A stretch of DNA of 64,000 nucleotides, from IMG/VR virus record IMGVR_UViG_3300044608_000145, positions 1 through 64,000 of that record; one strand, given 5' to 3'. Under the pieces are notes generated by a model. The model was not told where the DNA came from and did no database searches. It saw only the letters and a list, made by a program, of their open reading frames with translations. The stretch is from a virus. Its lineage: Duplodnaviria > Caudoviricetes. A program made the position numbers and the translations under genes. Positions 8,223-17,954 of the stretch are shown here, piece by piece (position 1 is the stretch's first letter; each line of letters opens with the position of its first letter).

Positions 8223-9608
8223 TTAGAACTGAAGTTCCTTGAATTTTCCTTTGTTTTCGCTAGTTTTCATTCTTGTTCCGAATTCACTATTATCGAACGC
8301 AGGTTTATCCTCTTCGTTGCTTAGGGATTGCGCCGATTGTTCGACGTCATACAGGCGCATCTTTGCGCGGTCAACACCAACAACAAATCGTTTGTGGAAT
8401 GTCGGATCGTTATAACGGTTCTTCAACTGCTTAATCATCAATTGACCAAGGGACTCTAGTTGCTCGGATGAAATCAAAGCGAACATCAAGTCAGCGGTCG
8501 CTGGCAAACCAAAAGACTCAGAAGTGTCTTCCAATCCTACGTCGGTGTTGCTGTATCCACCTCGTGTAGTTTGGGTCGCAGATACAACTGGTACATTAAA
8601 TTCTACGGCAAGACCGCGAAGTTCTTCAGCGATAGCCTTAATGTAAGTGTAGCTGTTGACATTGGCGCCAGACTTAATTCTGGACGAACAACAAATGTTA
8701 AGATAATCGATATAGATAATATCTGGAACGAAGTTCTTCTTTAGACGAAGCTCGTTCAACAAATGACGGAAATGTCCAGAGCCAGCCGAAGCGGTTGGGA
8801 ACTCCTTGACAATTAGTTTACCAACAGTCTTTTGACGGACTCGGTCAACTTTCTTTTGATAGGTGTCGCGTGGCAGCGATTCAAGATCTTGAATATTCGT
8901 ATCGAGTAAGTTTGCGTCAATTCTTTCAGCAATCTTCTCTTCTGCCATCTCCATAGTAATATAGAGCACATTCTTACCTTTAATCAGGTTAGCCGAAGCA
9001 AAGCTACACATAGCGAGGGACTTACCCACACCTGTACCAGCAAGAATGATATTCAAGGTTTTCCTCGGAAGTCCACCTTTAGTGATACGATTCAAGTAAT
9101 CTAAGTCAAATTCGATACGCTCTTCTCTGCGATGATAAAAGTCAAAACGAGATTCATAATCTTCAAGGAAGTCGTGACCGATGTTAGTGTCAAAGCTGAC
9201 ACCGAGAGCGTCCGAAAGAAGCTTCGGAATCGCGCCACGCGACGATTCGGTTTTGTCGTCCATAATTTTAATGGACTGCATAATCGCGTTATAGATTGCC
9301 TTGTCCTGACAGAACTTCTCAGTCTTGTCAACCAGCCAATCCATTGTGTGTTCTTCGGTAGCCAAGTCGCCGATTAGTTTCTTGGCTTGCTCAAAGCGCA
9401 CGCCATTGACTCCGTCTTTACCAGACAGGTCAATAGCCAACGCTTCCCGAGTAGGAAGCGCGTTGTACTTGTCGATGTATTCCTTTACGATTTGATAAAC
9501 AAGTCGCTGGGAATCATCTGCAAAGTATTCTTCTCGAACAAAGGGTAGAGCCTTGCGACTATACTCTTCGTTGAATGCAAGATTCGACAGTATTAGTTGT
9601 TCAATCAT
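8223..9608 (-). CDS. gp41: Replicative DNA helicase
   Basis: LAGTGVGKS, YITMEMAEE, IDYLNI, SATQTTR, SESFGLPATAD. Confidence 0.95.
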   Translation of the reverse strand: MIEQLILSNLAFNEEYSRKALPFVREEYFADDSQRLVYQIVKEYIDKYNALPTREALAIDLSGKDGVNGVRFEQAKKLIGDLATEEHTMDWLVDKTEKFCQDKAIYNAIMQSIKIMDDKTESSRGAIPKLLSDALGVSFDTNIGHDFLEDYESRFDFYHRREERIEFDLDYLNRITKGGLPRKTLNIILAGTGVGKSLAMCSFASANLIKGKNVLYITMEMAEEKIAERIDANLLDTNIQDLESLPRDTYQKKVDRVRQKTVGKLIVKEFPTASAGSGHFRHLLNELRLKKNFVPDIIYIDYLNICCSSRIKSGANVNSYTYIKAIAEELRGLAVEFNVPVVSATQTTRGGYSNTDVGLEDTSESFGLPATADLMFALISSEQLESLGQLMIKQLKNRYNDPTFHKRFVVGVDRAKMRLYDVEQSAQSLSNEEDKPAFDNSEFGTRMKTSENKGKFKELQF

Positions 9609-10675
9609 TAATCTTCAATTCCATCAAACACTTCGCTGACTTCATCATCACTCATGATGGCACCGTTAGCGATCTGATAATTTTGTTTAATCCAGTCTTG
9701 GAAAGTTGGGTCGCCGAGTACTGGTAGCCAGAACTCTTTGCTATCTGTATCTTTAATACGGAACTTCTTCTCTTCAACTTCACCAGTTGTAGTATTGACG
9801 CGCGAGTACCAGCCATTACTTGGCTTGACTACGTGACCTGATTCGGTTGCCATATCTAGCAGACCAGACCAAGTAGAGATACCACCATCAAACGAAACTG
9901 TCACTGGAATCTTCGACTTCTCGCGAACATAGCGCGACTTCTCAACGTTGATAATGAAGTTGTAGCCAATCAAATCAGTACCATCTTTATCTTGCTGACG
10001 ACCGACGATGTAGATATTCTGAGCGGAATAGTAGATACCTGTACCACCAGATACGATAGCTTTCGGGAACATACCTTGTTCCATGTAAATATGATTCACC
10101 ACAATCATCGGAATATCTTTCAGAGTCAGATGTGGTGTAACCATACGGAAGAACGACTTGAGTTGCTTGGCACGAGTCATATCACCGACCGACTTACCAT
10201 CAAGCGCATCTTCGACTTCTTTCTTAGAAGCAAGATTACCGATAGAGTCAACGACGATGATAACTTTATCACCACGCTTCAATTCATTCATCTGTTGCAT
10301 GACGTCAAACTTAATCTGTTCGATATCAGTAATAGGAGTATGCATCACGCGCGAAGTATCAATACCGAACGAATCAAAGTACGATTGCGGAGTACCAAAC
10401 TCAGAGTCATAGAACAGCAACGCAGCATCAGGATATTTGTCCATGTAGGACTTTGCCATCAGCAAGGTGAATGCAGTTTTGAAGTGCTTAGATGGGCCAG
10501 CCCAAACGGTCAGACCAGGAGTCATGCCACCATCAAGGCGACCAGACAACGCGACGTTGATTGCTGGGATTTTGGTTGGAATCATATCCTTCTTAGAAAA
10601 CAGAACAGAATCTGCTAGGATATTAGTTTCTTTAATAGTTGAATTTTTCTTTAGTTTTTCAAGCAATGCGGACAT
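9608..10675 (-). CDS. uvsX: RecA-like recombinase
   Basis: AGPSKHFKT, YDSEFG, DSIGNLAS, SGGTG. Confidence 0.95.
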   Translation of the reverse strand: MSALLEKLKKNSTIKETNILADSVLFSKKDMIPTKIPAINVALSGRLDGGMTPGLTVWAGPSKHFKTAFTLLMAKSYMDKYPDAALLFYDSEFGTPQSYFDSFGIDTSRVMHTPITDIEQIKFDVMQQMNELKRGDKVIIVVDSIGNLASKKEVEDALDGKSVGDMTRAKQLKSFFRMVTPHLTLKDIPMIVVNHIYMEQGMFPKAIVSGGTGIYYSAQNIYIVGRQQDKDGTDLIGYNFIINVEKSRYVREKSKIPVTVSFDGGISTWSGLLDMATESGHVVKPSNGWYSRVNTTTGEVEEKKFRIKDTDSKEFWLPVLGDPTFQDWIKQNYQIANGAIMSDDEVSEVFDGIED

Positions 10676-10701
10676 AGTAAACCTCTCATAGATATAGTCA
10701 T

Positions 10702-10730
10702 ATTATACGCTATTACAGCGCATTAGTAAA
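10702..10730 (-). promoter_or_regulatory. Promoter TTTACT-N17-TATAAT upstream of uvsX
   Basis: Exact family consensus. Confidence 0.8.
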
Positions 10731-10731
10731 A

Positions 10732-10998
10732 TTATTGAAGCGTTAATAGCTTCTTTTTGAACTCATCAATTTTGGCAACACGGTTTGGCCACAAGATGTA
10801 TTCGTTTTCTGGGTTCTTAGCCAGATTGTTAAGCAGTGGCATGACTGCGTTAATCACTGCTGTTGTCTTTGCTTTTTGTTCAGCAAGCTGGGCTTGAAGT
10901 TGCTCAACCTCTGTTCCTAGCTTTTCATTAGGAATCTCATCCGCAGCTACGGTAGAAAAACCAAAGTCAAAGTCAAAATCGAATTGATTCGTACTCAT
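10732..10998 (-). CDS. Hypothetical protein (coiled coil, YILWPNR)
   Basis: ORF coupled to the gp43 stop by an ATGA overlap. Confidence 0.6.
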   Translation of the reverse strand: MSTNQFDFDFDFGFSTVAADEIPNEKLGTEVEQLQAQLAEQKAKTTAVINAVMPLLNNLAKNPENEYILWPNRVAKIDEFKKKLLTLQ

Positions 10999-13490
10999 GA
11001 GAAGAAATCCTCTAGGGTTGCTATTTGCTCAGTTTTCATACCTGCAGCAGAAGCAATGGTTGTTATGGGAGTAAGGAAGCCGACATCTATGTGGTCTTCG
11101 CGATTAATATACTTTTCGAGCCTAAACTCTGGCGGTAGATATCCAGCTGGGAATGCGATAACTTCACATTGTGCTGGGTTAGGAACAACCAAGGAAACGA
11201 ACTTAATCTTGTCACCATCGGAGATCCTTGGGTATTTATTAGTCAGATTAAGTTTGCGCAGGAAATCGTTATATTGTAGCGCACCCTTGACATGCATCGG
11301 AACACCCTTGTCGCCCAACTTGTACTTCGACATTTCTTTTACAGAACTGTTGCGCGCGATGTCAGCTGGATTAGCTTCATTAAACTTATCACGGAACGAT
11401 TCGATGTAATCAAACAAAGCAGATTGGTCGCCTTTCAGGATTATCTTGGCTGCTTCTTCGATAGCACCACGACAGATAGTAGGAGTTGATGAGCGAACAG
11501 CTTCGATGCCTGTCATCTTAAACTTGGCTTCTTTGAACGCAACACCCTCGTTGTTCCATACTGACATGATGTAACGCTTCGCGCCAGTCCAGATCGCAGA
11601 CTCAGCAATCGCTTCTCGTTTCATAGCCATGGCTTGTTCGAATGCATTCATTTCTGTGGCAAGTTCGCCATAGAACTTATCGATGTATGGCTGAATCTTT
11701 CCTTCGCAGACTTGGTCTAGGAAGTCAACTTTCTCAGCGGTGGTCTTATCAGGTACGAACTTGTTTACCAGATCTTCCATCTCGATATACAACGAGTCAG
11801 TATCTGAAGCAATAACGTAGTCTTTGTCAGTTCCGAGCAGTTTGCGCAGATATTCGTTCATGCGATTCATCGCCCACTGGATGGAAACCTGACCTGACAG
11901 AGTAATCGCTTCGGCGAGGTCATCTGAATAGAAGCGGAAGTATTGATTCGACAACGCACCATAAGCTGAGTTAAGTGAGATCTTCTTAGCCATCTGCATA
12001 TTGTTATATTGGACGATCTTACGTTCTAGTTCCTGATTGCCTTTGTCGTTCTGTAGTTGCTTCTGACATTCAATCATCATCTTCTTGAATCGTTTGCGAT
12101 CCTCGTAGTATTTCTTCATGAGCGCAGGTAGGAAACCCTGCTTGTCACGCGAGAATACTGCACCATTACCAGCGATGGTTTGGTTTTTAGATTTAGCTAT
12201 GCTGATTGAATCTTGCCAATGCTCGGTGTTCTTTAGAACTGAGTCTGGTCTGATTCCCATTAGCGTTTCGACGAAGCACTCAGGCGAGATGTTATACTGC
12301 ATGATTAGATGCGGATACAGACTATTCAAGTCAAACGAAACAACCCAGTTGTAGCGACCGACTTCAGGATGCTTAACGAAAGCACCAGCGATCTGCGCAT
12401 CTTTGCGACTATCTCTCTGCATCGGAATCACGACACCTTGGTCGCGCAGATAGTTGTGAATGATGACATCCCATAGCAACACAGAAGTCATCGCATCGCC
12501 GTAGTTGACCTTGGCATCGTACGCAATAGCACAAGCCTGTTCGATAAACTTCATCTTCTGCTCGAGTTTGACAACGAGCGAAACGTCTTTGACGTTGTAC
12601 TCCATGTACAACTGATGATTGCGCTGATACAGATCGTCTAGGTTTGTATAACCTAGTTCGCGATAGTCAACTTTCTTCTCACCGAGTTCTACCTGAGAAA
12701 TATAGTCAAGTGAATACTGTTCTTGTTTGATGTAGGTGAACTTCTGATACAGCTGAATGTAGTCAAGAACTGGAAGTCCGACCAGCTCAACGATGTTCTG
12801 TTCGCGTCCCATCTTGTCGTAATATGTACGGAACTCCGTCATATTCCAAGGCGACATCTTCTTGGCTTCTTCCTCGTTAATCTCATTAGCAATACGCTGA
12901 TACAGATAAGGAATATCGAAGCCATCTACGTTCCAGCCAGTCACGATATCCGCATCAAGCTCACGCCATTTGCGAATAAACTTCATCAGCATTTCTTTTT
13001 CTGAAGTGCACTCAACGTACACGATGTCTTCGTTGTGCGGGATGAATCCTTTGAGTGCCCAAGCATAGTAAGTGATGCCATCGCTGATAGTGATAGCAGT
13101 TACAGCTTTGTCAGCTGTCTTTAGATTAGGGAAGCCACCGCGCGAATCAGTTTCGATATCGAGATAAGTTATGCGAAGTGCTTTTACATCAAAGTCTATT
13201 TCGCCTGGATACTCATCGTTGATGTAAACATATGGCCAACGGTTCATGCCATAGTATTCAAACGAAGAGATATCCTTATACTGTTTGACAAAGTCACGTG
13301 CTTCGCCGATAGAGTCAAACTGAATCTTATCAACTTGCTTGCCGTCTAGCGTTTTGTACTGACTGGGTTGCTTGGTAGGAACGAACAGATAAGGTTTGTA
13401 TGCGATGCGACGCTGGACTCGTTTACCATTTTCATAGCCACGAACCAGCAGATCGTTTCTTCGTTGTTCAACAGACGTGTAGAACTTCAT
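10995..13490 (-). CDS. gp43: Family B DNA polymerase
   Basis: Exonuclease DIET and GWNVDGFD; polymerase SFDLNSLYP, KISLNSAYG, SDTDS; C-terminal TLEDFF clamp peptide; start MKFYT overlaps the upstream TGA. Confidence 0.97.
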   Translation of the reverse strand: MKFYTSVEQRRNDLLVRGYENGKRVQRRIAYKPYLFVPTKQPSQYKTLDGKQVDKIQFDSIGEARDFVKQYKDISSFEYYGMNRWPYVYINDEYPGEIDFDVKALRITYLDIETDSRGGFPNLKTADKAVTAITISDGITYYAWALKGFIPHNEDIVYVECTSEKEMLMKFIRKWRELDADIVTGWNVDGFDIPYLYQRIANEINEEEAKKMSPWNMTEFRTYYDKMGREQNIVELVGLPVLDYIQLYQKFTYIKQEQYSLDYISQVELGEKKVDYRELGYTNLDDLYQRNHQLYMEYNVKDVSLVVKLEQKMKFIEQACAIAYDAKVNYGDAMTSVLLWDVIIHNYLRDQGVVIPMQRDSRKDAQIAGAFVKHPEVGRYNWVVSFDLNSLYPHLIMQYNISPECFVETLMGIRPDSVLKNTEHWQDSISIAKSKNQTIAGNGAVFSRDKQGFLPALMKKYYEDRKRFKKMMIECQKQLQNDKGNQELERKIVQYNNMQMAKKISLNSAYGALSNQYFRFYSDDLAEAITLSGQVSIQWAMNRMNEYLRKLLGTDKDYVIASDTDSLYIEMEDLVNKFVPDKTTAEKVDFLDQVCEGKIQPYIDKFYGELATEMNAFEQAMAMKREAIAESAIWTGAKRYIMSVWNNEGVAFKEAKFKMTGIEAVRSSTPTICRGAIEEAAKIILKGDQSALFDYIESFRDKFNEANPADIARNSSVKEMSKYKLGDKGVPMHVKGALQYNDFLRKLNLTNKYPRISDGDKIKFVSLVVPNPAQCEVIAFPAGYLPPEFRLEKYINREDHIDVGFLTPITTIASAAGMKTEQIATLEDFFS

Positions 13491-13885
13491 CAATACTTCT
13501 GCCCTTCGAACCACTTGGTCGGGCGATCGTCTAGGTGAGCGAGTTCTGGGTTTTGTTCAATTAGATTCAAGAGTTGTTCCATCATCATTAGATTACATAC
13601 AGCGTGACCGATGTGTCGTGCTTTCGATTCATGGTCGATATCGTCGCCCATCTCAATCGCAGCAAGATGCCGTTTGACACAGCCGATGTATTGACTCATC
13701 GGTCCACCCTTCGCCCAGTTCCATGGCGCATACTTGTTAGCACCATAAGCAAAAACATCGGCGGTTGATTTAAGAAGATGGGTTGGTACTAGGTCGTACC
13801 GAGTTTTATTTGCATTGTAGCGAGCGCATGTGCCAAATTCCTCTGACTCAAGGTCGCCCTGTGCTGGCTTTTCTTTCTTACTCAT
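13490..13885 (-). CDS. dATP/dGTP diphosphohydrolase-domain protein (DUF5664-like)
   Basis: KTRYDLVP...VFAYGANKYAPWNWAKG...RHL...DHESKARHIGHAVCN pattern. Confidence 0.75.
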   Translation of the reverse strand: MSKKEKPAQGDLESEEFGTCARYNANKTRYDLVPTHLLKSTADVFAYGANKYAPWNWAKGGPMSQYIGCVKRHLAAIEMGDDIDHESKARHIGHAVCNLMMMEQLLNLIEQNPELAHLDDRPTKWFEGQKY

Positions 13886-13926
13886 AATCTCTCCAAAGTT
13901 GGAGTGGGCATTGCACCCACTCCAAT

Positions 13927-13955
13927 ATCATACTATAAAATCGCGAATTAGTAAA
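13927..13955 (-). promoter_or_regulatory. Promoter TTTACT-N17-TATGAT followed by a leader hairpin (13899-13925)
   Basis: Family consensus; TTGGAGTGGG...CCCACTCCAA inverted repeat just downstream. Confidence 0.7.
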
Positions 13956-13956
13956 A

Positions 13957-14304
13957 TTATTTACCGATTGATGTCAACCAAGCAACAACTTTTTGTAGCC
14001 ATGTTGGTTGTTTATCTTCAGCCCAGACAAAAGATGCTGGTTCTGGTTGTTTTGCGTTTTCGCGGAAGAAAGGCAGTTCAGGTTGTACTGCTTCTGGCTT
14101 TGCTTTTTCAGCAGTTTTAGCAGAAGCAAGATTACCGTCTAGTTTGTCTTTCTTATCGCCCTTGGCAGCAATTGCCTGAACGCGAGATTTCTTAGAAGGA
14201 TAGTATCTCTTCTTTTTCTTCTTTGGAGTAATAGCATCTGCAACAATTTTTGCTGCTTGTGCTTTATTCGTTGGTTTCTTTTCCATTATTATCACCTTGT
14301 ACAA
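13957..14304 (-). CDS. Basic hypothetical protein
   Basis: Lys-rich with an amphipathic C-terminus; the true start may be 14286. Confidence 0.5.
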   Translation of the reverse strand: MYKVIIMEKKPTNKAQAAKIVADAITPKKKKKRYYPSKKSRVQAIAAKGDKKDKLDGNLASAKTAEKAKPEAVQPELPFFRENAKQPEPASFVWAEDKQPTWLQKVVAWLTSIGK

Positions 14305-14719
14305 TTGTAATTAAATCGGGATCAAAATAGTTTTGTCCTTTTAGGATTTTACCATCCTCCCTGTATATTGGCTTCCCGTCCAATCCTAGCTTAGACATGT
14401 TAGAACGATGCACCTCGTTAAAACATTTATCTAAGTCAATACCAAATGCGTGACCTGCACCATACACCACGTATAGCAAATCGGTCAGCGCATCAGCAAC
14501 TTCGACAATATCCTTGTCACGAATTGCTTCCTTCAATTCGCCCAGTTCCTCTGCAATCAATTCAACTCTCAGTTTGCAGATATCTTTCGATGGGAACTCA
14601 GCTTTGTACTTAACTTCTTGACCGAAGGTATGCATAAACACACCAACATCTTCAAAGTTACTCAGCTGTTCTTTTCTTCCATTATAAAATTTGTCAGTCA
14701 TATTAAAACTTCTTCCCAA
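14264..14719 (-). CDS. MazG-like / PRA-PH-like NTP pyrophosphohydrolase
   Basis: LIAEELGEL, EVADALTDLLYV, EVHRSNMSK, REDGKILKG. Confidence 0.85.
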   Translation of the reverse strand: MGRSFNMTDKFYNGRKEQLSNFEDVGVFMHTFGQEVKYKAEFPSKDICKLRVELIAEELGELKEAIRDKDIVEVADALTDLLYVVYGAGHAFGIDLDKCFNEVHRSNMSKLGLDGKPIYREDGKILKGQNYFDPDLITIVQGDNNGKETNE

Positions 14720-15098
14720 TTTTGTATTTGCTAATCAATTCCCACTCATGCTTTTCTTTGTAAGGAATCACCTTAATGAATTTCATCGGAGCTTGGTTTT
14801 CTTCGCTCATCTTAGGATTCACTAATTCAATTAAACCCCAATCAGCCAACAAGTTCGCAATAGTATTTCTACGCGCAAGATCTTCGTCATCTAGTGATGA
14901 TGGCTTTCCGTCTAATGCGAAAAGTTCTTTGAAGTGCACGATGTAATACTTACCACGTTTATGTAGTATATGGCATGACTGATATAAGGTTTTGTTTTTC
15001 TCTGAAGCAACACCTACTCTAGTTAATGTTTCCTTAACTTTTAGAAAATCATCTTCCTGATGTAGCTTCACTTCGACAAACGTATCTAATGAAGTCAT
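14703..15098 (-). CDS. regA: Translational repressor RegA
   Basis: DDFLKVKETLTRVG, QSCHILHKRGKYYIVHFKELF. Confidence 0.95.
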   Translation of the reverse strand: MTSLDTFVEVKLHQEDDFLKVKETLTRVGVASEKNKTLYQSCHILHKRGKYYIVHFKELFALDGKPSSLDDEDLARRNTIANLLADWGLIELVNPKMSEENQAPMKFIKVIPYKEKHEWELISKYKIGKKF

Positions 15099-15490
15099 TT
15101 TGTATTTCCACCTTTTTGTAGTTTTTGTAATATAAGGTCAACTTGCTCGGTGGTTAATACTGTAGAGATATCTTTTGCTTTCTGAACACTGCAACCATAA
15201 TATTCTGCGAGTTGCATGACAATTTCATCCTTACTAGCTTTAGCCCACTTCGAAAATCTTTTACTCTTCCGCACACTATTTAGTAAATACTCATACTGAA
15301 GCAGACCACCCAGCTCTGGGCGCATGTTCATATCATTTGCGTACATGATGGTGTCAGGAAAGTAGGAAAGACCTCGGTTGGTTAGGAATGCGTTATATTG
15401 CTTCTCAGCTAGTTCTGGGTTCTCGGTGTCACGAATCAGGTTCTTCTTAGTATAGGTGATGCTGTTGGTGTAATCGAATGGATTTGACAT
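15095..15490 (-). CDS. gp62: Clamp loader small subunit
   Basis: NRGLSYFPDT, KRFSKWAK; synteny between gp44 and regA. Confidence 0.9.
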   Translation of the reverse strand: MSNPFDYTNSITYTKKNLIRDTENPELAEKQYNAFLTNRGLSYFPDTIMYANDMNMRPELGGLLQYEYLLNSVRKSKRFSKWAKASKDEIVMQLAEYYGCSVQKAKDISTVLTTEQVDLILQKLQKGGNTK

Positions 15491-15491
15491 G

Positions 15492-16433
15492 TTACACCCA
15501 CTCGGCTTCGACCATAACTTCAGTTAGGAATGCGACCGTATTGATTTCTTGGTCGGCAACGAACGCTGACTGATACTGATAGCGACCTAGCAACAGAACC
15601 AGTTGCGGGATGCTGTTTGGCTTCATATAGGTTGAAGCCATGTCATAGAACTTGCGAAAGAACGCAGTTGGCTCGGTGTCTAGATTTTCGGAAACCCACT
15701 TGCGCATATCATTGAACCGCTTGTTCTTCAGCAAGTCAACAAGACCCTTGAAGTTTTCTTCGCCGAGATTAGCGAGGATACCGCTGTCGATTTTACCTGT
15801 AGCACTATAACGCTGAAGCTCATTTAGAACTCGACGCCAGTCTGGGAAGTGCTTGGTTACGACTTCGGCAACAACAGCCTTGTCAAACTCGACTCCTTCT
15901 TGCTCTAGGATACCACAAGCACGCTTATGGAACTGAGCTGCCAGTTTCGGCTTCTGGCTAGATGGGATTTTGAATTCAATTACTGAACAACGCGAATGTA
16001 GCGGTTCAATGATACGATTCTTGAAGTTACAGGTCAGAATGAATCCGCAGTTCTTAGAGAACTCTTCCATGAAGTTGCGAAGAGCTGGCTGAGTTGACTG
16101 CGCATTTAGATAGTCTGCCTCATCGAGGATAACCATCTTGCGAGTACCTGTAAACGAAATAGTAGAAGCGAAGTTCTTAATCTCGGTGCGTAGAGTATCG
16201 ATACCACCGTTCATAGAACCATTGATTTCGATATAGTCAAGTCCGAGTTCTTCACACATCGCACGAGCGACGGTGGTTTTACCAGTTCCTTGCGAACCAG
16301 TCAGCAACAGGTTAGGGATGCTACCCTGTTTTACAAATTCTGAGAAAGTCGACTTCAGACTTTCTGGCAGAATGCAATCTTCAATCTTGTGTGGGCGATA
16401 CTTCTCGACCCAAAGAAAGTCGTCTTTCATCAT
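15492..16433 (-). CDS. gp44: Clamp loader large subunit
   Basis: LWVEKYRP, GTGKTT, ILDEAD, IIEPLHSRC. Confidence 0.95.
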   Translation of the reverse strand: MMKDDFLWVEKYRPHKIEDCILPESLKSTFSEFVKQGSIPNLLLTGSQGTGKTTVARAMCEELGLDYIEINGSMNGGIDTLRTEIKNFASTISFTGTRKMVILDEADYLNAQSTQPALRNFMEEFSKNCGFILTCNFKNRIIEPLHSRCSVIEFKIPSSQKPKLAAQFHKRACGILEQEGVEFDKAVVAEVVTKHFPDWRRVLNELQRYSATGKIDSGILANLGEENFKGLVDLLKNKRFNDMRKWVSENLDTEPTAFFRKFYDMASTYMKPNSIPQLVLLLGRYQYQSAFVADQEINTVAFLTEVMVEAEWV

Positions 16434-16448
16434 AATATAATTCCTTCA

Positions 16449-17003
16449 TCATATAATCCTCTTGTATGGTTTTTCATGAATCCATACAGTGGCAATCCAT
16501 TTAATTTCTCCATCAGTCGGTGGTTCACCAACGTGGAGTGTTTTCATATTTGTTTCTTCGTCTTTGTAATCATATCTAAAGTATGATGCTCTGCCACAAA
16601 CAGGCTTTACTGAATAGTTTAATTTCGGAAAGGAAGTTAAACCGCCAGACGAAACATCATTTAAGTAAATGATTACAGTCGCAACTCGAATGTTGGTGGA
16701 TAGAGTGTTGAAGTCTACATGTTTCTTGTATTCTTCACCCGATTCATATTTAATGATAGAGATCGGTTCGCAATACTCTAAACCAACATTTGCTACTTTG
16801 GTAACAGCTTCAAGTAAGGACACAGTAGCATGGCTATGCGTATGCGATAACCATGTACTCTTGCTTGTACGATATCCAGATTCACCGCCCGATATCTTAG
16901 AAGGCTCCAACAATGGAGTTGCTTCATTTATGATATCTTGACAAACTTCCTTAGTCAGGAAGTTGTCAATTACTTTGATGAGTGGGCGATCGTTTAGAAT
17001 CAT
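16449..17003 (-). CDS. Prolyl-4-hydroxylase-like 2OG-Fe(II) oxygenase
   Basis: RTSKSTW, HVD (HxD), IYLNDV..GG.T.FP, LHVGEP, KWIATVW. Confidence 0.85.
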   Translation of the reverse strand: MILNDRPLIKVIDNFLTKEVCQDIINEATPLLEPSKISGGESGYRTSKSTWLSHTHSHATVSLLEAVTKVANVGLEYCEPISIIKYESGEEYKKHVDFNTLSTNIRVATVIIYLNDVSSGGLTSFPKLNYSVKPVCGRASYFRYDYKDEETNMKTLHVGEPPTDGEIKWIATVWIHEKPYKRII

Positions 17004-17671
17004 TGACCGTATTTTGAGCTGCTTTCTGTTGCGATGAAGTATTCAAGTCCAGCCTTTTCGTTGGCGAACTTACCCATACCTTTCGAAGAGATGGATACTT
17101 TATAGTCACCGCTGATTAGCTTCAAGTTCTCAGACTTGAATACCATACGGAACTTTGCTTCGTTGGTAACTGCAACATCAACGTGATATTCGTTAGAAGT
17201 ATCGTTCTTGACGTTGGTAGCAACCAGCTTGGTCTGGGTTGAACCATCAGAAACAACAGCGATTTCTGGAGCCTGAAGGACGCTCGCAGCTTTCAACACT
17301 TCGCTGATGTTAGAGGCAGACGCATCAAACACAACTTCTTCGGTAGGAAGTTGTAGCTTCTTCTCAGGAGCAGCAAGAATCATGCTTGGCTCAGCGAACC
17401 AATACTTGATGCTACGCTTACCGCTAGAGATGGTGACGAACTTGTCAGTAAAGTCAAAGTCAGGATCTTCGAACAAGCTGACAGCACCAAGGAACTGACC
17501 GAGGTCATAGATCGCGAAGCTGGTCGGGAAGTTTTCAGAAACGACAGCAGAAGCTAGAATATTTTTCTGCGGTGAGATAGTCGACAGTGTTGAACCTGCA
17601 CGAACTAGGATGTTTCCATTGATAGAAGAAAAGTTCTTCAGAATGGAAAGGGTTTGGCTTGAGATCTTCAT
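17000..17671 (-). CDS. gp45: Sliding clamp
   Basis: LKNFSSIN, FAIYDLGQFL, ENLKLISGDY, YFIATE. Confidence 0.92.
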   Translation of the reverse strand: MKISSQTLSILKNFSSINGNILVRAGSTLSTISPQKNILASAVVSENFPTSFAIYDLGQFLGAVSLFEDPDFDFTDKFVTISSGKRSIKYWFAEPSMILAAPEKKLQLPTEEVVFDASASNISEVLKAASVLQAPEIAVVSDGSTQTKLVATNVKNDTSNEYHVDVAVTNEAKFRMVFKSENLKLISGDYKVSISSKGMGKFANEKAGLEYFIATESSSKYGQ

Positions 17672-17675
17672 AATA

Positions 17676-17921
17676 TTATCCTTGTTTGGTCAATTGTTCG
17701 TAAACTTCTACGAATGTCTCATTTGTTGCTACTTCGTCATTGAAGTTTTGTTTATGATAGGTCTTGGCAATTTTGCGCAAGACCTTCTTATCAATGTTAA
17801 AGTTTTTACTTGCTTCATTAATGGCTTCGTTGATGGCAGATCGCTCTGCCTCAACCATAGTCATCATATTGGAAACGTCATCAAGAACTTTCTTGAGTTT
17901 TACACGGTCAGCTTCAATCAT
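17676..17921 (-). CDS. Small dsDNA-binding-protein-like (T4 DsbA-like) protein
   Basis: 81-aa helical protein, IDKKVLRKIAKTYHKQNF. Confidence 0.5.
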   Translation of the reverse strand: MIEADRVKLKKVLDDVSNMMTMVEAERSAINEAINEASKNFNIDKKVLRKIAKTYHKQNFNDEVATNETFVEVYEQLTKQG

Positions 17922-17924
17922 TAT

Positions 17925-17953
17925 ATTATACTCTAAAGTTGTTTGTTAGTAAA
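17925..17953 (-). promoter_or_regulatory. Promoter TTTACT-N17-TATAAT upstream of the gp45 operon
   Basis: Exact family consensus. Confidence 0.75.
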
Positions 17954-17954
17954 A

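Noticed and set aside
13490-13885. Calling this a Z-genome (2-aminoadenine) phage
   Set aside because: No purZ in the window; the diphosphohydrolase alone is insufficient evidence
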